64,000 nucleotides of DNA from Cetorhinus maximus (lineage: Eukaryota). Location of the stretch: positions 20,274,001 through 20,338,000 of the forward strand of contig NC_135901.1 in assembly GCF_964194155.1 (NCBI RefSeq), in the 5' to 3' direction. Below the pieces are notes generated by a model. That model was not told the DNA's origin, made no database searches, and was given only the letters and a program-made list of their open reading frames with translations. Of the stretch, positions 27,861-40,370 are shown piece by piece; position 1 is the first letter of the stretch, and every line of letters begins with the position of its first letter. Made by a program: the position numbers and the translations under genes.

Positions 27861-28925
27861 GAAGACAGAGGGTAGCAGTGGAAGGGTGATTTTTCTGAAT
27901 GGAGAGCTGTGACTAGTGCTGTTCCGCAGGGATCAGTGCTGGGACCTTTGCTGTTTGTAGTATACGTAAATGATTTGGAGGAAAATGTAACTAGGCTAAT
28001 TAGTAAGTTTGCAGACGACACTACGGTTAGAGGAGTTGCAGATAGTGAAGAGGATTGTCAAAGGATACAATGGGATATAGATCGGTTGAAGACTTGGGTG
28101 AAGAAATGGCAGATGGAGTTTAATCTGGACAAATGCGAGGTAATGCATTTTGGAAGGTCTAATACAGATAGGAATTATACAGTAAATGGCAGAACCCTTA
28201 AGTGTATCGACAGGCAGAGGGATCTGGGTGTACAGGTCCACAGGTCACTGAAAGTGGCAACGCAGGCGGATAAGGTAGTCAGGACGGCATATGGCATGCT
28301 TGCCTTCTTCGGCAGGGGTATTGAGTGTAAAAGCTGGGAAGACATGCTGCAGCTGTATAGAACCTTGGTTAGGCCACACTTGGAATATTGCGTGCAATTC
28401 TGGTCGCCACATTACCAGAAGGATATGGAGGCATTGGAGAGGGTGCATAGGAGGTTTACCAGGATGCTGCCTGGTCTGGAGGTTGTTAGCTATGAGGGGA
28501 GGTTGGAGAAACTCGGATTGTTCTCACTGGAGCGACGGAGATTGAGGGTCGACTTGATAGAAGTTTACAAAATTATGAGTGGCATGGACAGAGTAGATAG
28601 TCAGAAGCTTTTTCCCAGGGTAGAAGAGTCAATTACTAGGGGACATAGATTTAAGGTGAGAGGAGAAAACTTTAGAGGAGATGTGCGGGGCAAGTTTTTT
28701 ACGCAGAGGGTAGTGAGTGTGTGGAATTCGCTGCCAGAGGAGGTGGTGGAAGCAGGTACGATAGTGGTGTTTAAGAGGCAGCTTGACAAATACATGAATA
28801 GGATGGGAATAGAGGGATACAGACCCCGGAAGTGCAAAATGTTTTAGTTTGACAAGCAATATGATCGGCGCAGGCTTGGAGGGCCGAAGGGCCTGTTCCT
28901 GTGCTGTACTTTTCTTTGTTGTTTG
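27861..28925 (+). mobile_element. Young 5'-truncated CR1 LINE with an uninterrupted 312-aa RT C-terminal ORF (27909-28847)
   Basis: VPQGSVLGPLLF, FADD, RPHLEYCVQFWSP; no stops; TTA duplicated at the junctions. Confidence 0.93.
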
Positions 28926-29313
28926 TTATCCGGAGAACGGCCAGAGGACTTCATGCAGACAATAATGATCAGCCTGAGAAAGAAGCCAAAGGCATGCTGA
29001 TGTCCTGACTTTCAGATAATTAGTCTGCTGGTCCATGCATCGCAGGTTATATTGAGAGTTGTAGAAAGAGAATGGGTGGGAAGGTGCAGAACTACATGGG
29101 AAATGACCAGTTCAGATGCCAGGGAGGAAGAGGGACGAGATTTTATTTCATCGGCATTTTATGATTAATGAGCAGTTTAGAGTTTGGACAGGAATTATAT
29201 GTTTGCTTTGTAAATTTTGTAAGATGTTGCTGTAGACTGGAGAGATAGACAACAGCAACAGTGACAGTAGCCAACAAGGAGTCAGAGCCATGTGTAATTG
29301 GAAGAGGAGTTTG

Positions 29314-29690
29314 TTTTATCCTTTGATGGGATGTGGGCATCACTGGCAATTTTCAGCACCTATTGCCCATCCCTAATTGCCCTTGAACTGAGTGGCTGGC
29401 TGGACCAGTAAAGAATCAACCACATTGCTGTGGATCTGAGAGTCACATGTAGGCCAGACCAGTAAGGACAGCAGATTTCCTTCCATAATGAACATTAGTG
29501 AACCCAATGGGTTTGGGTTTTTACAACAATCAGTGATAGTTTCATGGTCACTATTACTGAAACTATCTTTTTTTAATTACAGATTTATTAATTGAATTTA
29601 AATTCCACAAGCTGCCGTGGTGGGATTTGAACCCTGGGCCTCTGGATTCCTAGTCCAGTTACATTACCACTATGCCACCATCTCCCCCAA
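29314..29690 (-). mobile_element. tRNA-derived SINE, same family as 27092
   Basis: Minus-strand TGGCATAGTGG A-box, GGTTCAAATCC B-box and the shared tail. Confidence 0.85.
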
Positions 29691-29775
29691 ATGAAACACT
29701 GAGCAGGTCAGATGCCTTTTGCCCACTTGAAGCAATTTCTTGAAGCACCCACAAGAAAAAAATCACCTGAAACCT

Positions 29776-29857
29776 TAGCAGCCATGGGGTTCGAACACAC
29801 GTCTCCTCAAAGACTGGAGCTTAAATCCAGCACCTTAAACCACTCAGCCACATGAGC
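29776..29857 (-). pseudogene. tRNA-Leu pseudogene (Leu-TAG-like body, anticodon now TAA)
   Basis: gtggctgagtggtttaaggtgctggatttaagctccagtc...gttcgaacccc matches vertebrate tRNA-Leu(TAG/AAG). Acceptor stem is broken and CpGs are decayed. Confidence 0.8.
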
Positions 29858-31049
29858 CTGAGTTTGACAAGAGTGCTATTTATCACCAGTCCTCTTCAAT
29901 ATCTGTGCAGAAGCAATGATCAAAGAAGCGTTTGAAGACACAGAAGCTGCTGTTAAGATTGGTGGTGAATGATAACGTCAGTTAGATTTGTAGATGACAA
30001 ATCACTTGTAGCAAGCACAGAAGGGAGATTAGCAGAACTGGTAGATAGACTAGTGACAGCAGGCAGGAACCATGGAATGAAGGTGAACATCGGCAAAACC
30101 AATGATACACATCTCAAAATCTCCATGAAATATTCATATATTCATAGAGGGCAGTCAACTAGAATGGGGACAAAGTATTTAGGGAGCATAATATCTGCAG
30201 ATAGATGTAGCAAAGAAATAAGGTGGAAGATAGCAATGGGAAAGGCTGTATTTGGTAAGAAGAGGTTGTTAACAGGAAAACTAAATAAAAAACTGAAGAA
30301 GTGACTTGTAAAGAGCTTGATCTGGAGCGTTGTTTTGTATGGACGTAAGACTTGGACCTTGTAGAAGGAGGAAACCAACTTGCTAAATAGCCTTGAAATG
30401 TGGGTTTGGAGGAGAAGGGTCAGCTGCACAGAAAAAGTAACAGATGATGAAGTGCTGAGGAGAATGAACAAACAAGAAAATTTACTGAATGTAACTAGAA
30501 AAAGGCAGAGACTGGGTGGGAGTATTTTAAGTGGTAAAGAGACATCATGGAGGGAAGATTTCAAGGCAAAAAAGAAAGAGGGAGGAAGAAAATATCCTGG
30601 GTTGCTTGAAAATTGAAGAAAGTTACTGGTAAATGAAAAGAAAGGCAGAGGATAGAGAGATATGGAAAGTCTACCATGAGGCAAGGGTCTGCCTTCAGTC
30701 AGAGCACATTTGCTGATGATGATGTCCTACATAAAAACTGTAGACCACCTGTGTCCTACATGACTATAGTGAACCCTTAAATGTCAGCAATCCCCTGGGA
30801 AAACCACCCCTTTAATTGTCAGCATTAGGAATGAGACCATCCTTTTAGCCAGACAAATAAATGTGTCAAGCCGAGGGGGCAAAGGGTGTCAATGTCTTTG
30901 AGGGAGAGAGAGAGAGAGAGAGATCTGGGCCAACCTTTCCAGAGTCTGCAGCCTCCCTGGATTCACTTCACTTCCCTTCAGTTCCTGCAAGTCAACAATT
31001 TAAACACAAAATTAGAAAAGAAATAGAAAGATGGAGAAAGTGAAGTGTT

Positions 31050-31400
31050 TTACTCATGGATGTGGGACAGAGGAGGAGGTTTAAGTGTGTGTGAAGCTAA
31101 ATCTTCATTCCGAGATAGAGGAACAGCAGCTTTGCTGGGCAGTAATCAGCAGGTTAACAAGCTCATTATCCAACCTCCATATTCAGACAATGGGGAGCTC
31201 TGAGTGGCTGGAGGACCAGAGTCCTTTGAGTCCTCCAGTCTTCCCATTGGTCAACCCTCTCCATGATGGCAATGAGGGAGCCGGACCCGGGCCCACCTGT
31301 GGATGGGAGAGACTTTGACCACCAGATGCTCTGAACTGTTGGTTAATGGGAAAAACTGGAGGCCCTCCGGCCAATCAGAGCTCGGGCTTTATGTCGGTCC
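31050..31400. promoter_or_regulatory. Partial, decayed copy of the ZF promoter and exon 1
   Basis: Homologous to 32040-32900; the exon-1 donor is mutated GT>AT at 31057. Confidence 0.55.
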
Positions 31401-31499
31401 CTGCCTCTCCCCGCACAAGCAAAGCTCCCCTCCTCCGTGCACATGCAAAATCTTAGGTCAGCACATCTGCTCTAGGCATATCTATTGTTTCTTTCCTTC

Positions 31500-31780
31500 T
31501 TCGCTTGCTCCATCTCAATTCCCTTTGGTCCTGAAAGAATAACTTATCTGTCATTCAATCTCTCCCTGACTTCCACCCTATCCTTTTGTCCTTGTTCAAC
31601 CCACCCCTTTGCTCAAAACCTCTGACATCTCTAACTTTTCCCATTTCTGAAGAAAGGTCACAGGCATTAACTCTGTTTCTCGCTCTCTACAAAATGCTGC
31701 CAGGCCTGCTGAGTTTTTAATTGCAGCATTTTCAGTATGTATTCCAGGTTTCCAGGATCTATAGTATTCTGCTTTTCGAT
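31500..31780 (+). mobile_element. Penelope-like 3' UTR/pLTR fragment
   Basis: ctgaagaaaggtca...ttaactctgtttct...cctgctgagttt, homologous to the other Penelope arms. Confidence 0.6.
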
Positions 31781-32040
31781 GAGCTGTCTTCTCACAGCCC
31801 ATTTCCACAGGCAGTCCCAAGGGTCTCATCCTCTGGATCTCTCATTGTTGGATTCCCCCAGTCTTTTTGCTCTTCTTTTCCCAGCTGCTTGGACTTCCTC
31901 CCTCTCCATCCCCCCAGTCAACTTCACTGTTCTGTTACTGACAGTCCTTTCGTCCTGAACACCCCAACCTCTCAAATCCTAAAAACAAAAAGCTAAAAGC
32001 TACTGCCTGTTTCTCATCTCTTTTCAACACAAACTGTTTT

Positions 32041-32971
32041 ACTCACAGATCTTGGACACAGGAGGAAGATTTATTCGGTGTGTGAAGCTCAATCTTCATT
32101 GACACAGGCCACGCTCTCTGATTGGCTGGAGGACCAAAGTCCTTCCGATCCTCCAGTGCTTCCCATTGGCCGGAGCTGTCAGTCGGTTGCCTGGAAACCT
32201 TAGCTCGAAGAGGTGTCGGGGGAGGGGCAACAATGTGTGGGGGCGGAGCTCCCGTGTCCACTTGGCCTGCAGACCGGAACCCGAGGACGTCACCGTGGAG
32301 TAGAGTGATTCCTATTGGCTGATTCAGGCAGAGTTCCTTTCTGGACGTCACAATGACTGAGAGGGGTGTTCCCAGCACTGTTAAAGAAGTACGAAGATAA
32401 AAGCAAAAAACTGCGGATGCTGGAAATCCAAAACAAAAACAAAAATACCTGGAAAAACTCAGCAGGTCTGGCAGCATCTGTGGAGAGGAACACAGTTAAC
32501 GTTTCGAGTCCGAATGACCCTTCAACAGAACTGATCTTCAACTGTTCTGTTGAAGGGTCATTCGGACTCGAAACGTTAACTGTGTTCCTCTCCAGAGATA
32601 CTGCCAAACTTGCTGAGTTTTTCCAGGTATTTTTGTTTTTGTGAAGAAGCACGAATACTGCGGATTGGACAAAACAGCTCAGCGCGTCTGGAGGTCAAAG
32701 TCTCTCTCAACCCCACGTGGGCTCGGGTTCTGTTTCCTCATTGTCTTCACGCAAGTTCTTGATTAATGGGAAGAACTGGAGGGCTGGGAAGATTCTGATC
32801 ATCCAGCCAATCAGAACGCGGGCTTTGTGTCAATGGCTGCACGGACCTTCCCCCATTGTCTGAATGCGGAAATTGCACAATGAGCTTGTGAATCTACTGT
32901 TCCTCTCTCTCTGATTGAAGATTGAGCTTCACACAGACTTAAACTTCCTCATGTGTCTCACACCTGTGAGT
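32041..32971. promoter_or_regulatory. Bidirectional promoter of ZF-5/ZF-6
   Basis: Donors GTGAGT at 32046 (minus) and 32966 (plus); mirrored CCAAT blocks at about 32118 and 32806; X-box-like site at 32186. Confidence 0.7.
32396..32643. mobile_element. Penelope-derived near-perfect fold-back element with a 12-bp TSD
   Basis: Arms at about 32434-32531 and 32544-32641; TSD AAGAAG(T/C)ACGAA at 32384-32395 and 32644-32655. Confidence 0.85.
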
Positions 32972-34354
32972 AAAATACTTTCTTTTCTCCCCCTTTCCAT
33001 TTATTTTCTGGGTTTAAATTGTTGACTTGCAAGAACTGAGGGAAAGTGAAGTGAATCCAGGGAGGGTGCAGACTCTAGAAGGGTTGGCCCAGGTCTCTCT
33101 CTCTTAAAGACATTGACATCCTTTGCTCCCTCAGATTGACACACTTATTTGTCTGGTTAAAAGGATGGTCTCTTTCCTAATTTACACAATTAAAGTGGTG
33201 GTTTCCCCAGGAGATGGCTGACATTTAAGGAGACAATAAATTCATATAGGACAGAGATATGTCTAGTGTTGTTATAAGGTACATATTAGAAATATTATCT
33301 ATGGTATTGTAATAATGTACATTTATTATTCTACTTTTTAAATATAGTACTGTATACATTTCCAGTCATAGTTATCACAAAACTGAAGGAGACCATCAGC
33401 AACTCCTCTGTCGAGCAATCCAGTCAGTCCCATTCTCCCTCTATACACCTGTTAGTTTATTTCCTTCAAGTGCCCATCCTGTGTCATTATCTGGCTAGTT
33501 GTAAACAGACTAACATCCCTCTGAAACCCCTCCATTTATCTAAAAAATGCAAATTCCCTTCACACTTTACACGCTAAGCCAGCATCCATGTGTACTCATT
33601 AGCATTTCAAACACATTTCTACACCTAGCTTCTTTTGATAATCCCAAGCTTGCAGTCTACCTGACTGCACATATAATTAAATCACACAGACAGACCCAAC
33701 ATACTCACACCCGTAAACGTACTTCACAATAAACCAGAAAAATATTATGAAAATGATTATACTTCCATTACATATATAATATATATACCAGCAGCCTGCA
33801 TAAAGATTTTCAGGTCTCGGTGTCTAAGACATGATTCTGTGTTCATAGATCTGTCGATCAGCATGAATTGCTCCTTCAGCAAATTGTTAGGGTGAATATT
33901 GGGTACAGCAAAGTGAGAATAGAGTGTGTGTATCTGGGATGAATCTTGGGGAGCAAGAGACTGATTACTTTTGTAAATTCCTTTTGCAGGATATTGGAAG
34001 GGGAGGTTTTGCAGCCAGAAATCCCGAACCAAATATCACGTTAAGATCTGACAGAGTTGCTTGTTTTATTGGGGCCTGAATATCATCGACCTTTCAATAT
34101 GGAAGGAGAAATGTTTGTCTGTTCTGTCTGTGGAAAAAGATTTCAAACATCAGTGTGACTGGAAAAACACCGAAGGACGAACACCCAAGTTAGAGTGTCC
34201 TAGTGCACTGACTGTGGAAAGAGCATTAATCAGTTACACAGTCTGAAAAAATATTGTATCATTCACAGTGAGGAGGAACCGTACACATTTTCTGCGTGTG
34301 GACAAGGCTTCAACTGATTGTCCAACCTGGAGAGACACCAAGGACACCGGCACC

Positions 34355-35270
34355 ATGTAGAAACCATGGAAATGTGCGGACTGTGGGAAGGGATTCAGAT
34401 CCCCATCTGGAGATTCATCGACGCAGTCACTCTGGGGAGAGGCCGTTCACCTGCTCTGAGTGTGGGAAGGGATTCAGTAATTCATCCAACTTATTGAAAC
34501 ATGAACAGGTTCACACTGGCAAAAGACCATTCTCCTGCTCTGAGTGTCAGAAAGGATTCATATCCTCATCAGAGCTGGAGATTCATCGACGCATTCACAC
34601 TGCGGAGAGACCGTTTGCCTGCTCTCAGTGTGGTGAGGGATTCAGTAATTCATTCAGCTTATTGAAACATGAACGAGTTCATGCCAGCGAGAGACCATTC
34701 ACTTGCTCTGACTGTGGGAAGGGATTCACTCAGTCATCCAACCTCCAAATACACAAGCAAATTTACACTGGGGAAAGGCCATTCTCCTGCTGTGTGTGTG
34801 GGAAGGGATTCAGTGATTCATCCAGTCTGCAGAAGCACCAGCGCGTTCACACTGGGGAGAGACCCTTCACCTGCTCTGTGTGTGGGAAGGGATTCAGTGA
34901 TTTATCAAGTCTGCAGAAGCACCAGCGCGTTCACACTGGGGAGAGGCCATTCACCTGCTCTGAGTGTGTTAAGGGATTCACTCGGTTGTCCAACCTGCTG
35001 ACACACCAGCGAGGTCACACTGAGGAGAGACCATTCACCTGCTCTGAGTGTGGGAAGGGATTCACTCGATCATTCCACCTGCTGAGACACCAGCGAGTTC
35101 ACATTGCAGAGAGGCTGTTGACCTGCTCTGACTGTGGAAAGCGATTCACTGATTCATTCAACTTGCGAACACACCAGCGAGTTCACACTGGGGAGAGACC
35201 AATCATCTCAGTGTGGGAAGGGATTCATTCAGTCATCTCACCTGCAGACACACCAGCAAGTTCACAAGTG
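34355..35270 (+). pseudogene. C2H2 zinc-finger locus ZF-6 (about 10 fingers), disrupted
   Basis: ATG is immediately followed by TAG (34355-34360); frameshifts in the first and last fingers; middle frame is open (ORF 34296-35309); acceptor at 33989. Confidence 0.75.
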
Positions 35271-38200
35271 ATTACAGGGGTTGGATTCTGCTGTTATTGC
35301 TGCTGTTAATCGCATCCAGGACGAAACCATGTTCATTCTGACAGTTGTGAAGTTGGAGGGTCAGAAGGTTTCATTCTGCTGGATTGGCCGGTTTCACGAC
35401 TTTGAGCCTGGGAGTTTACATTTCCACTGAAATGATCTGCAAAAGCTGTTGGACGACATTTATTTTGTCCTGGATAGTAAATAGTGTTTTTCCTACAGAT
35501 AGATCTCAAATAAATACTTTTGTCTGTGTTTCATTGAGTCTACAGCACAGTCGGCTCAATTGGTCTGTGTCAGTATTTATGGTCCACATGAGCCTCCACC
35601 CACCTCTCTTCATCTCCCCCCATCAGCAAATCCTTCTATTCCTTTATCCCTAACGTATGTGTCTAGCTTCCCCTTCAATGTATTCATGCTATTCACCTCA
35701 ACCACTCACTGTGGTAGTGAGTTCCACATTCTCAGGTTTCTCATGAAATTGTTCCCTAAAGGTTAAATGTTCAGTACTGGTATTGTTCTTATGAATCTTT
35801 GTTGCCCCTTCTCCAGTGCCTCGATTTCCTTTTTCTAAATGGAAATCACAAATGTTAACAGTACTCCCAGTGTAGTCTAACCATGGTTCTGAACAAGTTG
35901 AACATATTCTCCCTGCTTTTCAATTTTATCCTAGTAGAAATGACCCCAAATGGGCCCCAAACGAAAGGAAATGTGTCAAGTTCTTCGAAAGGCTGGAGAG
36001 AGGGTTTATGACAATGGCACCAGGGATGAGGGTCTTAGTTAGTTGGAGAGACTGGAGCAGCTGAAATTTCTGCCTTTAGATCAAAGAGTCATTAGGGCTG
36101 AAAAGGAGGACATTAAGCCCGTTTAGTTCATGCTATCTCTCTGTAGAGCATAGCAGTCAATCCCATTGCCCTGTTCCATCCCCATATCCCTGTAGGCTTA
36201 TTTCCCTCATTCCATCATTTCTGCTTCTACCACACAGGAAGTGGGTTTGAGGTCATTATCACTCGCTTTAAATGTATACGAGGTTCCTGGAGCACAGATG
36301 GAGGCCATTTGGCCCATCATGCTCATGCCAACTCTTTAAAAGACCCATCCAATTAATCCCTAAACCCAGCGGGCTTGGAGTTTCAGAGTATTCAAGATGG
36401 TGTCAAAGACATGGTCATTACACAACGTTAAAGCTCAATCTTTATCAATGATTTTGAAGAGGGGTGCCGAGTGTAATATATCCAAATCTGTGGACAATTA
36501 GAAAAAATGCATTTCCATAGCACCTCTCACGACCACAGGACCTCCTGAAGCAGTTTAAAGCCAATGAAATACCTTTAAAATGTAGTCACTGTCGTAATGT
36601 AGGAAACTATAGGTAGGCTTGGGTAATCAAAATCAGTTTTAAAATCAATTGTTTTCATACCATATTCAGTATTATAAGAAACAAGGTCAAGGAAGCCATC
36701 TTAACCTCTAACATGTGGCTTCTTGCAGCCTTTTCATATTCTGAACTTTTCTTTATTTACTATATATTGATTCCATGTTAAAAGCCAATCATGAAACAGA
36801 TGATTATTCAATAATGAACCTTGATTAAGTTATCATTAGTGAATTAGTGTAATAGACAATTATATTGTAAAGGCTGGATCTTTATTTTTTAAAATTAACA
36901 CTGTACGAACCAAAATGTTTATTCCAAAAAGGAAAAAAGCAGAGCTAGCAGAAATTCTTTTCTAATTTTGATAAATTATAAGACACCATATTCTGGCAAA
37001 GTCCAGCTCAAGAATATGGCTCATTGTTCAATCCAAACAAGATTAGTAAGAAGCAAAGCTATTGTCTTCCACAAATTGTGTTTTTGAACCAGTCTATCTT
37101 GTATTAACCAAATGTATTAACTAAAGTTTACTGTATTAATTAGCTAGCAGTCAGCAACAGATGATTGAATAACTAGTGAACCTTAATTAAGTTACAAATA
37201 ATGAATCAATAATGAATCAGTAGTTATAGTAAAAGACAGTTGATTTGCTGTAAAAATGTAAAACCTTAATTGCTGTGTATGTGAAGAATGTGCAATGAAG
37301 ATAAATGTAGTGGCAAGAGAGACCTTCAAGCTCTGATTAGCCTCAAAATCTAAAACTGTATGAATAAGGGATGGTATAGAATCAGATGAAGGGATAGCAT
37401 GAAATAGTTCTATTGTATTCCTGTCTGAGATGAGAGATGATGTAAGTAATTGGGGATCCAATTAAATTAATCGAGTAACTAAATTGACCAATTGTCAACG
37501 TACAACAAGGCCCACTCTGATGTGAGGTAATGGTCACTTTGGGGATAAAAGTAGAGGTTCCAAAGGTCTTCCTTGCTAGCCAAGTACGGAAGATTTCCGA
37601 GGCCAAGTTCCAAGGAAATTACTGTCAAAGAAGGAGCCAGATTCCCAAGGCCAAATTCCACAAGAATTATTGCCAAAGGAGCCAGAGAGGGTTACACTTC
37701 TACAGACTGATCACCCACATGACGTTGTAAAAGTCAATGTCTTAAAGTTGTTAAGTAAACCTTTATCTTTTAATAAACTTTAAATCTGCTATCCAGAGAA
37801 TTCTGCCTTTGCTTTAATTGGTTAAAATCTTGACCAAACTAAAGTTAATTTATTAAATGGCAAGTTGAGGGTAGATAAAATCAATTAAGTTACAGATATC
37901 AAGATCAGGTAACGTGAATTTAAAACCTTGCATTTCTATAGCGTTTTTCACGACCACAGGATATCCCAAAGTGCTTTACAGCCAATGAATTACTTTTGAA
38001 GTGCAGTCACTTTGTAAAGTAGGAAACACGGCAGCAAATTTACACACGGCAAGATCCCACAAATAGCTACGTGAGCAGATGATCTGTTTTTAGTGATGTT
38101 GATTGATAAATATTGGCCAGGACACCGAGGATAACTCCCCTGCTCTTCTTTGTAAGAGCGGCCATGTGAACTTCTAAATCCTCCTGAAGTAACAGACACG

Positions 38201-38800
38201 GCCCTCAGGTCAATGTCTCATCCAAAAGACAACAGCTCCAACAGTGCAGTTGGCATTTGGAATGTTGAATGTGATTTTTGTCCTCAGATCCCTGGACTGG
38301 GACTTGAATCAAGAACTTTCTGACTCAGATGGGAGATTATGATCCACTGAGCCCCGGCTGACACTATAAGGAATGCAAAGTTAGAAAGGGAATATTACCC
38401 TTTGCCTCTGGTGCCTAAATTGAAAAATAAAAACCTTGTATAAAATACAAGTATTTGAGGGACAAATGTTGAAGTGTTGCTTTAGAGCCACAGGTTTTGA
38501 GCACCTTTCTGTCTCCCTGTTGCTCCTGTCAATGACAGCAGGTGACGGAGCTGAGGGCTGAATTTAGCTGAGAATAATGGAGCCTGCGCCCAAGTTGGGA
38601 AACTGCCACGGGTGTTGCACCAGGAGAGAGACAGGAAAGTGCTGGAGGACTAACTGGGAAATGGGCCTCCGACCAATCAGGGAGGGCGGGGCGACTGGGA
38701 CTAATGGTGATGTGACCCCTGGGGTTCAGTGCCCCTGTGTCCAAAGCGGGGAGTCACGGAAACAGGTCGCAGAGGAGCTGGAGAGAAAGCATTTGGATCC
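35270..38800 (+). repeat. Left arm of an inverted segmental duplication (partner 41280-45165)
   Basis: Colinear reverse-complement homology, for example 37560-37900 against 42420-42780. Confidence 0.85.
37915..38365 (-). mobile_element. Deu-domain SINE
   Basis: Reverse complement of the 41715-42165 copy. Confidence 0.7.
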
Positions 38801-39049
38801 AAAACATTGTTCACATCCTTTTGCTCTGGTTGTCTTTGATCCTCAAATAATTTTCTGTTTTATTTTTAAACATGTTCTGTTCCATTAATAAACTTTTATT
38901 AGTAATAATATTTGATTTTGCTGGATTTTCGTGATTACATTTAAGCACTTTAGGGAGAGGGGTTGACAGGCTCTGTATTAGAAAGTGAGACCCTCTCAGG
39001 TAATTGGCAAAGGAGCCAGAGGGGGAGATGAGATTTTATGTTTCATACA

Positions 39050-40370
39050 GTGAGTTGTTCTGATCTGCCTGAAAGCAGAGTCAATAGTATCTTTCCAAAG
39101 GGTAAATACTTGGAAAGGAAGAATTTGCAGGGCTGTGGGGAAAGAGCAGAGCAGTTGAATGAATCAGGGAATCCTTTCAAAGAGATGGCAGGGGCACAAT
39201 GGGAATTCCAGGCATTATTGACATCACTGTACATACCACAGACACACATTTATTTATTTAGCTGTAACCACAGAATCCCACAGTACAAAAGTGGCCAAAC
39301 AGCCCATCATGCCTGTGCTGGCCCTTTGAAAGAGCTCATCAATTATTCCCACTATCCTGTCCTTTTTCCCCCATGAGCCCAGCAAACTAGTCCCCTTTTA
39401 GTATTTATTCAATTCCCTTTGTTGGATCTGCTTCCACCAACCTTTCAGGTGGTGCATTCAGGGTCACAACACCTCACTGTGTAAAGATTTATCTTCCTCA
39501 TTTCCCCTCTGGCTTTTATGTCAATCACCTTCAATCTGTGTCCTCTGGTTAGCAACTATTTTGTCTGTGGAAACAGTTTCTCTTTATTTACTCAATGTAA
39601 ACTGTTCATGATCTTGAACACCTCTATCACATCTCCTCTTAGCCTTCACTGCTCTAAGGAAAACAATCCCGGCCTCTCCAGTGTGCTCTCATAACTGAAG
39701 TTCCTCATTCCTGTCACCGTACTAAATCCCTGCACACTTTCCAAGGCCTTGACATCCTTCCCGAATTGTGGGGCCCATACCTGGGGTTCACTTAGAGAGA
39801 AATAGCATCGAAAAGCAGGGAAGTCATGTTAACCTTGTATTGAGCTTTGGTTAGACCACATTTAGAATACTGTGAACAGTTCTGTGTCTCTATAATTATA
39901 AAGATGATAGAAAGGAACTGGAGAAAGATTCAGAGGGCAGATACCAGAACTGAGAGTGTTTAAGTTGCACAATGGATTGAATAGGCTGGGGATTCTTTCT
40001 CTGGGAAAGAGTAGGCTGAGGTATAACCTGATAGATGACTTTAAGATTATGAAGGCATGTGAGAAGGTTGATGTAGAGATGTGTCCACATGTGGGAGAGA
40101 CCAGGAACTGGGACCATCAATATAACAACATAGTCACTAATAAATTCAATGGAGAATTCAGGAGGAGACGTTCTTTTCTCAGGGAGAGGTGTAAATGTGG
40201 AATTCGCTACCACAGGGCATGGTGGAGATAAGTAACATACATTTAAGAGGGAACTAGATGAACACATGAGGGAGAAAGGAAGAGAAGGTTCTGCTGATGG
40301 GAGGTGATGAAGTAGAATTGGAGGAAGCTCATATGGAGCATAAACACTGACATGGACCAACTGAGTTCCT
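39050..40370. mobile_element. CR1 LINE fragments on both strands
   Basis: RLRYNLIDDFKIMK and CR1 3'-UTR motifs. Confidence 0.7.

Larger units (their letters stand above)
27540..30725 (+). mobile_element. Decayed RTE-clade LINE interrupted by two insertions
   Basis: KTGKVTGIDEI...DVYL|SGERPEDF is continuous across the CR1 insertion; later SPVLFNI, RFVDD, KYLGS, LEMWVWRR; (GAT)n tail at about 30715. Confidence 0.8.

Noticed and set aside
29776-29857. Functional tRNA-Leu(TAA)
   Set aside because: The acceptor stem is mismatched, CpGs are decayed and it sits inside a retroposed insert.
30142-30684. 180-aa hydrophobic ORF
   Set aside because: Antisense of the A-rich RTE LINE.
32043-32652. ORFs with mirrored peptides (KNKNTWKNSA...)
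   Set aside because: Artefact of the fold-back Penelope insert.
34090-34360. Conserved in-frame TGA codons in the ZF leader as selenocysteine or readthrough sites
   Set aside because: Paralog leaders have independent frameshifts and TAA stops, the TGAs are not at Cys positions, and no convincing SECIS was seen in the 3' UTR.
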